A stretch of DNA of 51,344 nt from Eledone cirrhosa (GCA_964016885.1 CAXHJY010000621.1:1-51344); one strand, 5' to 3'; positions 29,035 through 43,245 are shown, numbered from the stretch's first letter. Numbers and translations: made by a program. Notes: a model not told the origin generated them from the letters alone.

Positions 29035-29281
29035 CACACACACACACACACACACATAAACGTAGTGAAATGGATATTAACGTTTATATAATGTTAGGCC
29101 TCCCCCTCTCTACCCCCTCTCTCTACGTCCTCCCCCTCTCTCTACCAACCTAGCTATCTATCTCTATATCTCTTTCATTCACTCTAATATTTATTTTATT
29201 TATTTATTCCAGATATATCCATAAAGCATTAATTGATCAATGAAATTATAGTTGCTATTTGATTTTCATGGTTACAATACA

Positions 29282-29312
<31 letters not shown>

Positions 29313-29428
29313 TCACATACAGAGACACACACTCACATACAGAGACACACACTCACATACATAAAGACACACACTCACATACAGAGACACACACTAACAT
29401 ACATAAAGACACACACTCACATACAGAG

Positions 29429-29459
<31 letters not shown>

Positions 29460-30399
29460 GAGACACACACTCATATACAGAGACACACACTCACATACAA
29501 AGACACACACTTCCACATACAGAGACACACACACACATACAGAGACACACATCCACATACAGACACACATCTACATACAAACACACACATCCACATACAG
29601 AGACACACACACATACAGAGACACACACACACATACAAAGACACACACTCACATACAGAGACACACACTCACATACAGAGACACACACACACATACACAC
29701 ACTCACACATACATAAAGACACACAGTCACATAAAGACACTCACACATACATATACACACACTCACATGCATAAAGAGACACACATATGTTCACACATAT
29801 TCACAAACACGTAAACATCAACATACGCTCATGGAAATTTACAAACACACACATAGAACCACACACAAACACACACACATAGAACCACACACAAACACAC
29901 ACCCATAGAACCACACACAAGCACACATACATAAAGACATAAATATTCACATACATAATTACAAACACGTAAACATCTCAACATGCACACATTTACATAC
30001 ACACACACACACATACATATATAAAAACATACAAATATCAAACACACACATACATACACATTCGCAAACACATAAACATCAACACGCTCTCAAACACATA
30101 CAAATTCACATTGACACACGCAAACACATACAAATTCACATTGACACACACATATACAGACACAGAGGCCATGCTTGGAATAATGATAGAATACAAGTCA
30201 TGCTGTGAATAATGATAAAAAAAAATGTCAGCCATGTTTGAAGAGCGCAAAATGAGAAAAACAACAAAAATAATAAATAATGGAAGAAAATAAACAAACA
30301 ATAAATCTAAAGAAAATTAATACACATACAATATATATATAATACGTATATATAAACATAAATATAGAGCTTATATAAATGAAATTATATATATATATA

Positions 30400-30476
<77 letters not shown>

Positions 30477-30702
30477 ATGTATTAAAATATATGGACATAA
30501 ATAAAAACCTAAACAAAACTATTATAGAAGTAAATACATAAAAACCCAACCAAAGAAAAACTTACCAACGAAGCGTCAAGCAGTTATAACATTTCTTCCT
30601 TTTAACACTAATTATGGCTAATTTTTCATTTCACTGAATCAGACTCATCTTTTAAGGAAATACTATTATTGTTATTATTATTGTTAATATTATTATTATT
30701 AC

Positions 30703-30741
<39 letters not shown>

Positions 30742-31219
30742 TACTATTATTACTACTATTATTATTATTACTATTATTATTGTTAATATTATTATTATTA
30801 CTATTATTATTATTATTATGGATTATTGGTGTTACGACTAACCTCGATATATTTACTATTGTTGTTATTATATTATATATATATATATATATATATAGTC
30901 CGAATATTATATATATATATAGTCCGAAAAAATGAATACAGTTGTTTGTGTGTACGTGTGTGTGTGTGAATGCACGTACCCCCTCTCTCTCTTTCTCTTT
31001 CTCCCATATATATATATAATTGTATTGGTTGAGAAACAAAGACCAAGTTTAAAGTACTCAATGATCTCCATACTAGTATGAAGTTGTGTTCGTTGAACGT
31101 AGCAGCTAACTCTTGGGACTAATTATACCATAGACACGTGTACTCTTAACTTAATAGTCAAGTAGAATCAGTGTAAAACGTGGTGTGACAAGACTACCTT
31201 TTCGAACTACTATTACAAT

Positions 31220-31390
31220 ATTTACAATGGGCTTCCAAAGGTTTCCCTTTACTCAAACCCACTCACGAGTCTTGGGACAACTCCTGGTTATGGCAAAATG
31301 TCCCTAGATACATGACCAACATGTCACACTACGGAACCCATCCAGAAACATTATGATGGCGAAGCGAACTTCTTATTCAATCTGCTATGC
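31220..31390 (-). mobile_element. Degraded tRNA-derived SINE (family related to 37270-37380)
   Basis: Minus strand GCATAGC..TGAATAAGAAGTTCGCTTC...GTGAGTGGGTTTG...GGAAAC...GAAGCCC; diverged. Confidence 0.45.
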
Positions 31391-31534
31391 CAGGCATGTC
31401 AAACTGAGGGGCCCCCGAGTCCCACATGGGTCACATATGTCTTGTCTCGGGGTCAGACACAACTAATTGCGCACATTACAACTATTTGTTTTAAATTTTA
31501 AACATGCGTTGTAAAAACCTTTGTGACATGCCTG
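31391..31534. mobile_element. hAT (Charlie-like) MITE, 144 bp
   Basis: TIRs CAGGCATGTCA / TGACATGCCTG with an 8-bp TSD TGCTATGC / GGCTATGC (7 of 8 match). Confidence 0.85.
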
Positions 31535-31541
31535 GGCTATG

Positions 31542-31613
<72 letters not shown>

Positions 31614-31767
31614 CAGTTAGGTTATTTTAATTAAGGGAAGAACTGGTGGTTGTGGTAGACGAATAATGATGTAAGAAAACAAATCACTCAACGATATGCA
31701 AGTCAGCCATCGTAGATATGGTGTCCAGTGTTTGGTGTAGGAACCGAGTAAAGTATTTATAAAACGA

Positions 31768-31818
<51 letters not shown>

Positions 31819-31819
<1 letters not shown>

Positions 31820-31880
31820 TGAAGCGAGTGGAAAAGTTTAAGTATCTTGGGGACGTTTTCACGCGGAGAAGGTGCTGCGA
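31819..31880 (+). pseudogene. Tiny RTE-type LINE reverse-transcriptase fragment
   Basis: Reads KRVEKFKYLGDVFTRR, matching the V..FKYLG motif of LINE RTs; directly follows (TA)n. Confidence 0.5.
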
Positions 31881-32125
31881 CCATATCTCGGTGTATCTCA
31901 TCTGATTTTCTAAACTTTTATTCATAGTGTTCGACTGTTCTGTTTTGGGGATTCCTACATTTCTCAGCCCTTGGATAATACATGGTATATATAACTTTTA
32001 TCTGTACTAATATATATATATATATATATTAGAAAGTGAGGTTTTTTTTTTACAAAATGAAAAATAACCGGTGTCCTACACGAGTGAAAGTATAAAGAAA
32101 AAGAGATGAAATCGAAAATGCAACT

Positions 32126-32181
32126 GATGGAGGGTCTGTGGTTTTTCTCACATCTGTGAGAAAAACCACAGACCCTCCATC
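32126..32181. repeat. Perfect inverted repeat, 27-bp arms, 2-nt spacer
   Basis: GATGGAGGGTCTGTGGTTTTTCTCACA-TC-TGTGAGAAAAACCACAGACCCTCCATC. Confidence 0.95.
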
Positions 32182-32190
32182 TCAACTCAC

Positions 32191-32209
32191 CTTTTGAAAA
32201 GCAGAAGAA
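32191..32209 (-). CDS. Candidate 19-nt microexon (or recursive splice site)
   Basis: Minus strand ttcctttaccggtttcgcag|TTCTTCTGCTTTTCAAAAG|gtgagt, with a good acceptor and a consensus donor. Confidence 0.45.
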
Positions 32210-32299
32210 CTGCGAAACCGGTAAAGGAACCAAATAAATATATATATTTAAAAAAAAAAAAATAAGACTCCAGTTGCATTTTCGATTTCATCTCTTTTT

Positions 32300-32384
<85 letters not shown>

Positions 32385-32606
32385 TACGTATATATATGTT
32401 ACTTCCAAATGATTGCCCGCGCAGCAAGCGTGTCAAGTCATGTGTACTCTTGTTTGTGTCCTTAACAACCATTTTAATATAATATCAAATACACTCGACA
32501 CCAATAATAACAAAAGAGACAGAACTAATATCGACTTGCAGGCACAATATGAAATTTTTGCTGTCGTTTTAGAGCCACAAAACATGGATAACATCACGCA
32601 ACTCAC

Positions 32607-32701
32607 CATTATCTTTTGTTTCAGCAAGTGGGATAGACCTTGGTCGAATATCGATGTGTCCATGTTCCTGGCTTCTAGCGTGAAATTTTCTACCGAAGTA
32701 G
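32607..32701 (-). CDS. Candidate 95-nt internal exon of an unidentified gene
   Basis: Acceptor (TG)n..gtcgcag and donor ATG|gtgagt in a unique-sequence island. Open frames: YFGRKFHARSQEHGHIDIRPRSIPLAETKDN or TSVENFTLEARNMDTSIFDQGLSHLLKQKIM. Confidence 0.45.
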
Positions 32702-32752
32702 CTGCGACCGACATACACTCACACACTCACACACTCACGCACACGCACACGC

Positions 32753-32803
<51 letters not shown>

Positions 32804-33076
32804 CATACACATACACACACATATGCACACATACACATACACACATACATGCATACACATACACACATACATATACACACACACATACACACATACACGC
32901 GTACACATGCACACACATACACATACACTCACACATACATACACACACACTCACTCATACATACACACTCATACACTCACTCTCACACACAATTAATCCT
33001 ATTCATGCACCCCACGTGAATTTATTGAGCAACTTGTAAGCAACGAGATGAAAACCACTGGATATATATATATATG

Positions 33077-33123
<47 letters not shown>

Positions 33124-33130
33124 ATGTATG

Positions 33131-33165
<35 letters not shown>

Positions 33166-33191
33166 ATGTATATATATATATGTGTGTGTGT

Positions 33192-33289
<98 letters not shown>

Positions 33290-33349
33290 ATGTATATATA
33301 TATATATACATATGTGTGTGTGTATGTATATATATATATATATATATAT

Positions 33350-33495
33350 GTTTATCCCGGGTTCAATCGGGGGTAACCACAGTAAGTAAGGTACTCAATA
33401 CATAGCAGAGTATAAATATTTAATATAGAAATGGCTTCTACAGGACTAGAACTGTTTCATTCGGGAGAAATCATCAGGAATCGTCTAAGCCTTTC
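33350..33495 (-). mobile_element. Most intact family B element (Penelope-like pLTR 3' segment) ending in (TA)n
   Basis: Hammerhead followed by an about 85-nt tail ending CCCCGATTGAACCCGGGATAAAC fused to (TA)n. Confidence 0.8.
33433..33491 (-). ncRNA. Type I hammerhead ribozyme motif (family B)
   Basis: Minus strand GGC-ttagacga-TTC-CTGATGA-t[TTC tccc GAA]t-GAAA-CAG ttctagtc CTG-TA-GAA-GCC. The core is canonical, stem III is a quasi-palindrome with a CTAG centre, and there is an atypical U.U at 10.1/11.1. Predicted cut between 33439 and 33438. Confidence 0.65.
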
Positions 33496-33723
33496 CCCAA
33501 AACAAATACAATGGCGTTGTGTCTATCTTAGAAACGATTGTCATTTACTCTTTTGTCTCTAATATCGTTGTTGTGGCAATGTATGAATACCACTACCTCA
33601 CCTTACTTAGCTGCTCCACTTGTAGTATAGATTGTAAAAGTAGTAATAGTGGTAATAGTGGTGGTGGTGGTAGTAGCAGTGGTAATAGTGGTGGTGGTGG
33701 TAGTAGTGGTAATAGAGGTGGAG

Positions 33724-33782
<59 letters not shown>

Positions 33783-33995
33783 GGTAGTAGTAGCAGTAGT
33801 AGTAGTAGTAGTAGTAGTAGTAGTTGTGGTAGTAGTAGTGGTAGTAATAGTGGTAGTAGTAGTGGTAATAGAGGTGGAGGAAGTAGTAGTAGTAGTAGTA
33901 CTAGTAGTAGTAGTAGTAGTAGTAGTGGTAACAGTGGTGGAAGTAGTAGTAGTAGTGGTAATAGTGGTTGTGGTGGTAGTATCAGTGGTAATAGA

Positions 33996-34055
<60 letters not shown>

Positions 34056-34144
34056 TACAGTAGTATTTTTCACGTTTTTGAATTTTACATATGACTTTTA
34101 CATATCTACTTGCTGTGCATACACACACACTCACACACAAGCAT

Positions 34145-34175
<31 letters not shown>

Positions 34176-34206
34176 CACACTCACACATACGCACGCACTT
34201 ATGCCT

Positions 34207-34240
<34 letters not shown>

Positions 34241-34602
34241 GCCTATATAAATATATATATATATACACACACACCACACACACACCACACACACACACAC
34301 ACACATACTCACGCACGCATTTATACCTATATATACACACATATATACCTATATATATATGTATATATATATATATATATATACCTCTCTCTCTCTATAT
34401 ATATATATACATATACACACACACACACACACACATACACACACTTCCATCAGTCACGAACGTCGTTGTAATACATTTCTGTTCGCCTGCTGCTTGAGAA
34501 CAAAAACATTTCACGCTCCAGTTACAACAAAACTTGTCTGTTTTATCCAGAGATCCCTTGCTATCGAAATCATACAAGACTTTCCATTGATACACGAAGA
34601 GG

Positions 34603-34672
<70 letters not shown>

Positions 34673-35041
34673 CTCTCTTTCTCTCTCTTACTTTTCTCTC
34701 TTCTCTCTCACTCTCTTCTCTCTTCTCTCTCTTTTCTCTCTCTCTTCTCTCTCTCTTACTTCTCTCTCTTCTCTCTCTCTTACTTCTCTCTTCTCTCTCT
34801 CTTACTTCTCTCTCTTCTCTCTCTCTTACTTCTCTCTCTATCTCTCTCTTCTCTCTCTCTCTCACTCTTACTTTCTCTCTCTCTCTTTCTCCCTCACTCT
34901 TACTTTCTTTCTCTCTCTTTCTCTCTCACTCTTACTTTCTCTTTCTCTCTCTCATTCTCTCTCTCATTCTCTCTCTCACTCTCTCTCTCCTCCTTTCCCG
35001 CCCTCTCTCTTTCCCGCACTCTCTCTCTCTTTCCCGCTCTC

Positions 35042-35084
<43 letters not shown>

Positions 35085-36392
35085 CCGGCTCTCTCTCTCT
35101 TTTTCCGACGCTCTCTCTCTCTCTTCCTCCTGCTCTCTCTCTGTCTACCCTCTCTACCCTCTCCCCCTCTCTCCCCTCTCCCTTTCTCTACCCTCTCTCT
35201 CTACCCCCCCCCCCCTATCTACCCCCCTCCACCCACGATAGACATCACACGACTACAGCCACATCCATTAGCAATATTACAGCTACAGATCAAACAATTT
35301 TACCAGTGAGCCAAACCGCCAGTTTTCATGCTTCGGGCTTCACCATTGAAGCTGTCTTCTTGTATATACCGTTGACACCACTGGCTACCACTGGCCACCA
35401 TTCCCACCATGGCCACCACTGGCTACCACTGGCCACCATTCACAGTTTTGAGGGGAGATTATTTCCGGTAATTAGTATTAACCATTGATTTATTGGTAAC
35501 TATTGATCTCTTCCGAAACAGGAACTTACACGCACGCACGCACACCTCTTGTATATATATATGTGTGTTTGTGTGTGTATAATATGTGTGTATATGTGTG
35601 TGTGTGTGTGTATATATGTGTGTGTATAATATATATATATTGTGTGTGTGCGTGTGTAAAATATATATATACACGAAGCCACACGAAAATACGTACACGC
35701 TTATGTTAGTAAATATGTGCGTATGTATGTATGTATGTATGTATGTATGTATGTATGTATATATATGTATGTATGTATGTATGTACGTACGTATGTATGT
35801 ATATATATATATATGTATGTACGTATGTATGTATGTATGTACGTATGTATGTATGTATGTATGTATGTATGTATGTATGTTTGTATGTATGTATGTATGT
35901 ATGTATGTGGGTATGTGTATGTATGTGGGTATGTGTATGTATGTATGTGGGTATGTGTATGTATGTATGTGGGTATATGTATGTATGCGTTTGAGTTTGA
36001 ATGTCTTCATGGATGCGAATATATTCGGAATTGAAGCGATGAATTTTTTTCGAAAAAGAAGACTAGTTTGTTCACCATCTGAACCAGAACACTTCATCAT
36101 TACACCAATGAATTTGGTAACGGCATGAACACCACAACACTTCTATCTCAATTTCAAATGTTAAACAGTGAGTTGCTTTCATGTAGATCAGAATTCTGAA
36201 ACGTTTTGGTCCACTGCCCCCCCCCCCCCATTTACTCACGGTCACCTAATACCCTCAGCGCCGCCCACCCCTATTTCCAGAGAGACTTGCCTACTCTTAA
36301 ATTGTAAATAATATATAATAAATAAAATCGTTAATTTATATATAACAAATAATATAATATACACTATGTATAAATAAATATATATTATATAT

Positions 36393-36505
36393 ATGTATCA
36401 TTTGATATTATATACATGTATCATTTGATATTATATACATGTATCATTTGATATTATATACATGTATCATTTGATATTATATACATGTATCATTTGATAT
36501 TATAT
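36393..36505 (+). repeat. 23-bp minisatellite (ATGTATCATTTGATATTATATAC)x~5
   Basis: Direct tandem copies abutting the left TSD of the RTE insertion. Confidence 0.9.
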
Positions 36506-36512
36506 CATCTCT

Positions 36513-36974
36513 TGAGATCGGTGTGGAAGACGGAAGACCTGAAGATCCGTCTCTTGCTGTAGTGGAGTCTGTGCTGCTGTACGGGTCTGAGACTTGGACA
36601 CTGACCAAGAAACTCACTCAGATGGTGGATGGGTGCTACACGAGAATGCTGAGGATGGCTCTGAACATTAATCAGTATACACTGAGGATGAAAAACTCAG
36701 AGCTGTACGGGAGCCTCCCAAAAGTCAACTCACAGAGGAGACTGAGGTTAGCTGGACATGTTCACCGACAGAGTTGACATTGCACTCACTGGAAGACATG
36801 GACACACTGGAAGAGGAAGACCGAGGTTAACGTATGTTGATGCCCTAAGGACAGCCACTGGTCTGTTAGAGACGCAGGACATGTCAGCGATAATGGGGGA
36901 CAGAGACCGCTGGAGAGAACTCGTCCATGGATCTCATGAATTTTACCCGCCATAGATAGATATATAGATAGATG
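36513..36974 (+). mobile_element. 5'-truncated RTE-clade LINE (C-terminal ORF part and tail)
   Basis: AVVESVLLYGSETWTLTKK...DGCYTRMLRMALN...RRLRLAGHV, then a frameshift, then GRGRPRLTYVD...DRDRWRELV. (ATAG)n tail and TSD TCATCTCT at 36505-36512 and 36975-36982. Confidence 0.9.
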
Positions 36975-37269
36975 TCATCTCTACCTCCCTGCACCGCCCT
37001 CTTAGACCCCAGCGCCCCCCCTGGGCCTTTTCAATGCTTCCCCTAGTAGGGGGGGGGGTCTGTAGCACTCACTTTGAGAACCTTGATGTAGAACATTCTG
37101 GATTTGGTCATTCACAATTTATCTTGACACGAGTTCCATGTATTTTGACACGAGTTCCATGTGTTTCATGACAAATCCCTATCATCTAGTTTCAAGACCT
37201 GTTAGACTCGTTTGAAATTTCTATGAAAACGACTCAACGTCAGTTACACCGATTAGGAAACCGTGTGGT

Positions 37270-37380
37270 GCTGGATTGGGTGAATGGTTAAGGTGACCAC
37301 TTCGTAATCGGGTGGTCTCGGGTTCGATCTCGCTGCGTTGGCATATTGGGCAAGTGTCCTTATCATAGCCTCGGGTAGAC
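37270..37380 (+). mobile_element. tRNA-derived SINE head
   Basis: A-box-like TGGGTGAATGG, B-box GGTTCGATCTC, and TTGGGCAAGTGTC...ATAGCCTCGGG body. Confidence 0.65.
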
Positions 37381-37464
37381 ATGTTTCTGTGTATATGTAT
37401 ATGTTTGTTGTTGCTGTTGTTGCTTTAGGGGTTTAGACCTCATGTAGATTATGATCTGAAAAGG

Positions 37465-37615
37465 TGTAAGGAATGTGGCAAGGAATGTGCTATAATGGGA
37501 GGGCTTAAAAGACACATGAGAACACACAGCCAGAACAAAGCAATGGAAAGTCCCGGAGGAGCCTACAGTTGCCATATATGTGCCAGAGGGTGCAAGTCTT
37601 TGGTTGCCTCACATT
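37465..37615 (+). pseudogene. C2H2 zinc-finger fragment, probably the C-terminus of an RTE-type LINE
   Basis: CKECGKECAIMGGLKRHMRTH (C-X2-C-X12-H-X3-H), then a broken second finger YSCHICARGCKS..SH. Cys at the usual Phe position and the absence of a TGEKP linker fit RTE terminal fingers better than host C2H2 genes. Confidence 0.6.
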
Positions 37616-38504
37616 TTTTTAGCATTTTATCAGGCGATGACAATGCTCGAACACGAGTTAGCAGTCATCATATGTTTGTTGTTGTTGTTGTTGTTGCTTT
37701 TAGGGTTTAGGGTTAGTGGTGGGCTATTGTTATCAAGGTTTGATGACAATGAGAGAAATAGTGGTGTAGGTGATGGTGGTGGTGTAGGTGTCGTTGGAGG
37801 TACATATTGGGGTTAATGGTGAAGGTTATGCTTCTGTTGTTATTGGTGGTGGTGATGCTGCTGTTGTTGTTGTTATTGGTGGTGACGGTGGTGGCTAGGT
37901 AAACTGTGATGGTAGTTTATTAGTAATTGGTGGTGGTGGTGGTGGTGGCGTAGTAGTTGTTGATGTTGGTGGTGGTGGTGGAGTAAATCATTTCAATGAG
38001 GACGGTGGTGGTAGTGTTAGTGATGGTGACGCTAGTGGGTGGAGTTAACGGTGGTGGCGGCGGAGGTGATAGTGTAGCTGTTGCTGCCGGTGGTGATGGT
38101 GGTATTACTGTTACTATTGCTGTTGATGGTGAAGGACGTGTGAAGGGGTCAATAAACCTTAATTTCTATCTTTTACCCTTTTAAGACGTTGCCAATTTGA
38201 TGTGGGATGTTTGTAAGGTCAATGATAACAACTGCTCCCACCCACATCCTGTGAAGGGCTGAAGACCATCAATTATCTTCTCATCTTTACCTTGTTCCCT
38301 CAATATTTCGGCGGCCGTCACCCTTATCTCTCTCTCTATATATATATATGTGTGTGTGTGTGCGCGTGTGTGTGTGTACAGACGTTGTTTGTGGTACGTA
38401 TATATGTATGCCTGTCTCTCTCTTTGTCTCTTTATCTCTCTATCTATCCCCCTCTCACTCTCTATCTCTCTATCTCTCTCTATCTCTATCCCCCTCTCTC
38501 TCTC

Positions 38505-38560
<56 letters not shown>

Positions 38561-38722
38561 GAGAGAGAGGTGTGTGTAAATATGTATATATATGTATTTG
38601 TAAGTATGTGTGTGTGTATGAATTTATAGATTTACGTTCATTCATATGTTCCAAAATACGTTTATTATATTTCAGTTCATGCCAGTCTCTTCAATCTACA
38701 CCACCCCACCCCTCTCTCGATA

Positions 38723-38758
<36 letters not shown>

Positions 38759-38894
38759 TGGTAGTGGTAGTGGTAGTAGTGGTGGTAGTAGTAGTAGTGG
38801 TACTAGTTTAGACACATACATTCACTTACTTAGCATCACTATTACCATTTACACTGAATTCTGTTGTCAGCTGCTATATACATGTCTGTATATA

Positions 38895-38962
<68 letters not shown>

Positions 38963-39195
38963 CATACACACACACACGCACACGCACACACACACACCCG
39001 CACACACGCACACACATACACACGCATACATACACACGCACATATACATACGCGCATGTATACACACACACGCATGCATATACATACACACATATATATA
39101 TATACACACATAGATGGTAGATTATACTTATAAACACTTACACACACACACACACACTCACACACACACACGCTCACACATACACACACACGCTC

Positions 39196-39252
<57 letters not shown>

Positions 39253-39552
39253 GTCTTCTATTATTTGACTTGTATATGTTTGCCTTGTAGGGATCGTTCA
39301 ATGCGGACACAATGAAAACAACAACAAAAAAACAAAGCAAAAGAATAAACAAACAAAAAAACAAACAACATTGACAAAAAAACAACAAAACAAACGAAAC
39401 CAAAGAAGAAAAAAATTTTCATTATTTCTATTTACAGAGTTTTCAAATCAATGAGCAAGAAGCGTGACGGGCACAAATCAGCAGTTCTGTCATGTAGATC
39501 CCGTCATGTGAAAAATCGTATTCAGTCCTTGATGAATTGATATCGATTTTAC

Positions 39553-39576
39553 CATTTCATTATCCGCTTGTCCGAA
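39553..39576 (-). CDS. Candidate 24-nt microexon
   Basis: gttttaacttcgtag|TTCGGACAAGCGGATAATGAAATG|gtaaaa; the phase-2 frame SDKRIMK joins the neighbouring candidate exons; the donor is weak. Confidence 0.25.
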
Positions 39577-40232
39577 CTACGAAGTTAAAACACAACGCCT
39601 TCCACACGGGCAATCATAATAATAATGTTGTTGGTGATGAGGGTGATGATGGTGGTGGTGGTGATGGTGGTGATGAGGGTGGTGGTGTTAGTGATGGTGG
39701 TGGTGGTGGTGATGGTGATGAGGGTGGTGGTGTTAGTGATGGTGGTGGTGGTGGTGATGGTGATGAGGGTCATGATGGTGGTGATGATGGTGGTGGTGGT
39801 GATGAGGGTGGTGGTGTTGGTGTTGATGATGATGATGAGGGTGGTGGTGTTAGTGATGGTGGTGGTGGTGATAATGGTAGTGGTGGTAATGAGGGTGTTG
39901 GTGGTGGTGTTGATGATGATGATGAGGGTGGTGGTGTTAGTGATGGCGGTGGTGGTGATGGTGATGAGGGTCATGATGAGGGTGGTGATGAGGGTGGTGA
40001 TTGTGATGATGAGGGTGTTTGGTGAGGGTCATGATAGTGAGGGTGGTGATGATGAGGGTGGTGGTGTTGATGAGGGTGATGGTGGTGATGGTGATGGTGA
40101 TAATAGACAGATCGACGGGTAACACACCAACATTCAAATAACCACATTGACAAACATATACACAAGCACACACACACACACACATTCGCTCACATACATT
40201 GACACTCCCTCTCACATGTACACACATATATC

Positions 40233-40328
40233 CCGGGTGTCCACACAACATGTATGCTCATTTGAATTACCTCTACAGCAATATTTATTAGAATGCTGTT
40301 AAAGTGTGTATACATTTTTGGGGACACC

Positions 40329-40331
<3 letters not shown>
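40233..40331. mobile_element. Third copy of the Tc1/mariner-type MITE
   Basis: CCGGGTGTCC...GCAATATTTATTAGAATG...AAGTGTGTATACATTTTTGGGGACACCCTG followed by (TA)n. Confidence 0.8.
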
Positions 40332-40403
<72 letters not shown>

Positions 40404-40424
40404 GTCAGGTCTAGAAAGGGTGCA

Positions 40425-40530
40425 CAGTATTCCTGGGTGTCGTAAGAAGTAGCTAAAGGGGTTGGTGACAGGAAGGGCATCCGGCTGTAAAACATTACCT
40501 CAAACGACCAGTCTAACCATGGCAAAATTA
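40425..40530 (+). repeat. SINE/LINE 3'-type fragment
   Basis: GGGGTTGGTGACAGGAAGGGCATCCGGCTGTAAAAC...CCAGTCTAACCATG resembles a widespread SINE body/tail segment (recognised from memory). Confidence 0.45.
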
Positions 40531-40656
40531 CGTGCATATTATTATATGTATATGTGTGTGTATACACTCATATAGATGTAATAATGCATTCATGATCAAA
40601 ATAAAGTGTTATAGGGAACATATAGAATAAAACTGCAAAGAAACTAAAGGGGGGGG

Positions 40657-40737
<81 letters not shown>

Positions 40738-40889
40738 GTATGAGACAATGTGTACACTCATACATATATACGTATATACAACTCTGGGGAAAGAAACAAT
40801 ACAGTTATTAAATAAACCTCATTCTATGAGATGAGATTATCTTGGTCAGCCTTTCAGATTTTCAGCTGACCCCCGTATATATCTATATC

Positions 40890-40932
<43 letters not shown>

Positions 40933-40996
40933 TAGGTAATTCCAAAGAAAGGCAAAGGAAAAAAGAGTGCTCTATGTATAGAACAGCTATTTAATT

Positions 40997-41249
<253 letters not shown>

Positions 41250-41872
41250 ACGTTTGTGTGTGAAAATACATTGCAACGAAGTTTTAACTTGTTTATGATT
41301 TCTTTAATAGAATAAATTCATAACTTACTCAATTTCAAATAATAACACTACAGATATGTAAAAAGGAAAATAAAGGGAAGGGCAAGAGCTCTGGGGTCAC
41401 AATGGGAGGGGAAGAGAGATGGGTTCTAGACCTAGGGTGAGGTAGTGTTGGGGGTGTACCCCGCGGACAAGACCGCTTCCCAATTAATTGTATAAATAAT
41501 CATTAGACGAGTAGATTTCAACGGCATATTCGGAAAATTCCAAAATAAGCGAGACTTCCGGTTGAGTATACTGAAATGGGAAATATTACCGGCATAAGCC
41601 ATACTGTATAAGAGTTATTACCCTTTAATGGTTGGAAGAGGAAAATCTAATATGAGTAAAATGTAGAAGGGGAGAGAAAGAAGGGAGATGGGAGACAGAC
41701 GAGAACAACAAAAAAAGTGAAAAGAAAATGGCTGCTGGATAAAAATAAAGTCGCAAATAGAATAAACGAAACAACATGTAGAAGCATACATGTTTACATG
41801 CATAGACTCCCCCCCACTCACACACATATATATATTTATTTGTGTGTATGTATTTATGTGTATATATATATA

Positions 41873-41923
<51 letters not shown>

Positions 41924-42172
41924 GTATATGTGTATATATACATATGTATATATGTATATGTGCATATATACATATATATATATATACATATATATGTATG
42001 TATGCATATATATATACACATATATATGTATGTATGCATATATATACATATACACATATATATATGTATGCATATATATACATATACACATATATATATG
42101 TATGTATGCATATATATATATACACACATATATATGTGTGTATGCATATATATATACATATATATGTATGTA

Positions 42173-42208
<36 letters not shown>

Positions 42209-42280
42209 TCCATTTCCATATATATAAACACACATATATATATGCATATATATACACAGACATATATATGTATATATATG

Positions 42281-42354
<74 letters not shown>

Positions 42355-43245
42355 TAATATATATACACTTATGCACTCGTACATGCGTTTATTAAGTCGT
42401 CCACAATCCATGGTAAGATGGGGGGGGGGGTATCAAAACGGAAGAGGAAATATTTGCTTGGTTATATAGAATGGTAGAAGTGGGTGGGTGTTAACCATAG
42501 TGGGTGGGGTGTTAACCATAGTGGGTGATAACCATAGTGCCGTATCGTCTGCTCTTAGTATTAAATTCCAATTTTCAGTTATTTTTTTCTTTAGTAAAAA
42601 CCCTGCGAAGTAGCATTTTGTAAACATTTCCGACTTTGCATGTACATAGTTATAGTTTGTATTAGCACACACAACACTCACGCACACACACACTTACACA
42701 CACACACACTCACATACACACATGCTCACTCACATACACACATGCTCACACACACACAATCACATACAATCGTACACACACACACAGATACACACCCTCT
42801 CTCACTCACGCATACACTCCCACACACTCACGCACACATACATATACAGATACCTATATGCACACACAAAAGCTCGTACACACACACACACACACATTAC
42901 ACTGTTCAATAATATGACTCGCACAAAAAAAAGAACGCCAAGATTTCTATTTTCAAGATGAAAGTAGAATATATAAAAAAGAGATAATAATTGGTTCTCC
43001 GAGACCCAGGTCATGTTCTTCCTCTTGCGATCCCAGATATTTGCAATGCTTCACCATTTTGGATTGTCATCTAGGTATTTCTCAACCCTAGCCTCATATT
43101 AACATCAGCAACTTATTCAAATTTTGATTGTTGTGTAGTTCCAAGTAGGATTAAGTCTGAGGGAGTTGTTTTTTTCTTTTTTTAATTGTTAATTGATCAT
43201 CTTTATAGATGGGTATATAGGTATTTATACCCATATATATATATC

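Noticed and set aside
37465-37615. Member of the expanded cephalopod C2H2 zinc-finger gene family
   Set aside because: Only one intact finger, no TGEKP linker, and a broken second finger; fits a LINE C-terminus.
43020-43130. Minus-strand LINE RT relic (KMVKHCKYLGS)
   Set aside because: The motif is too short and degraded to support without a search.
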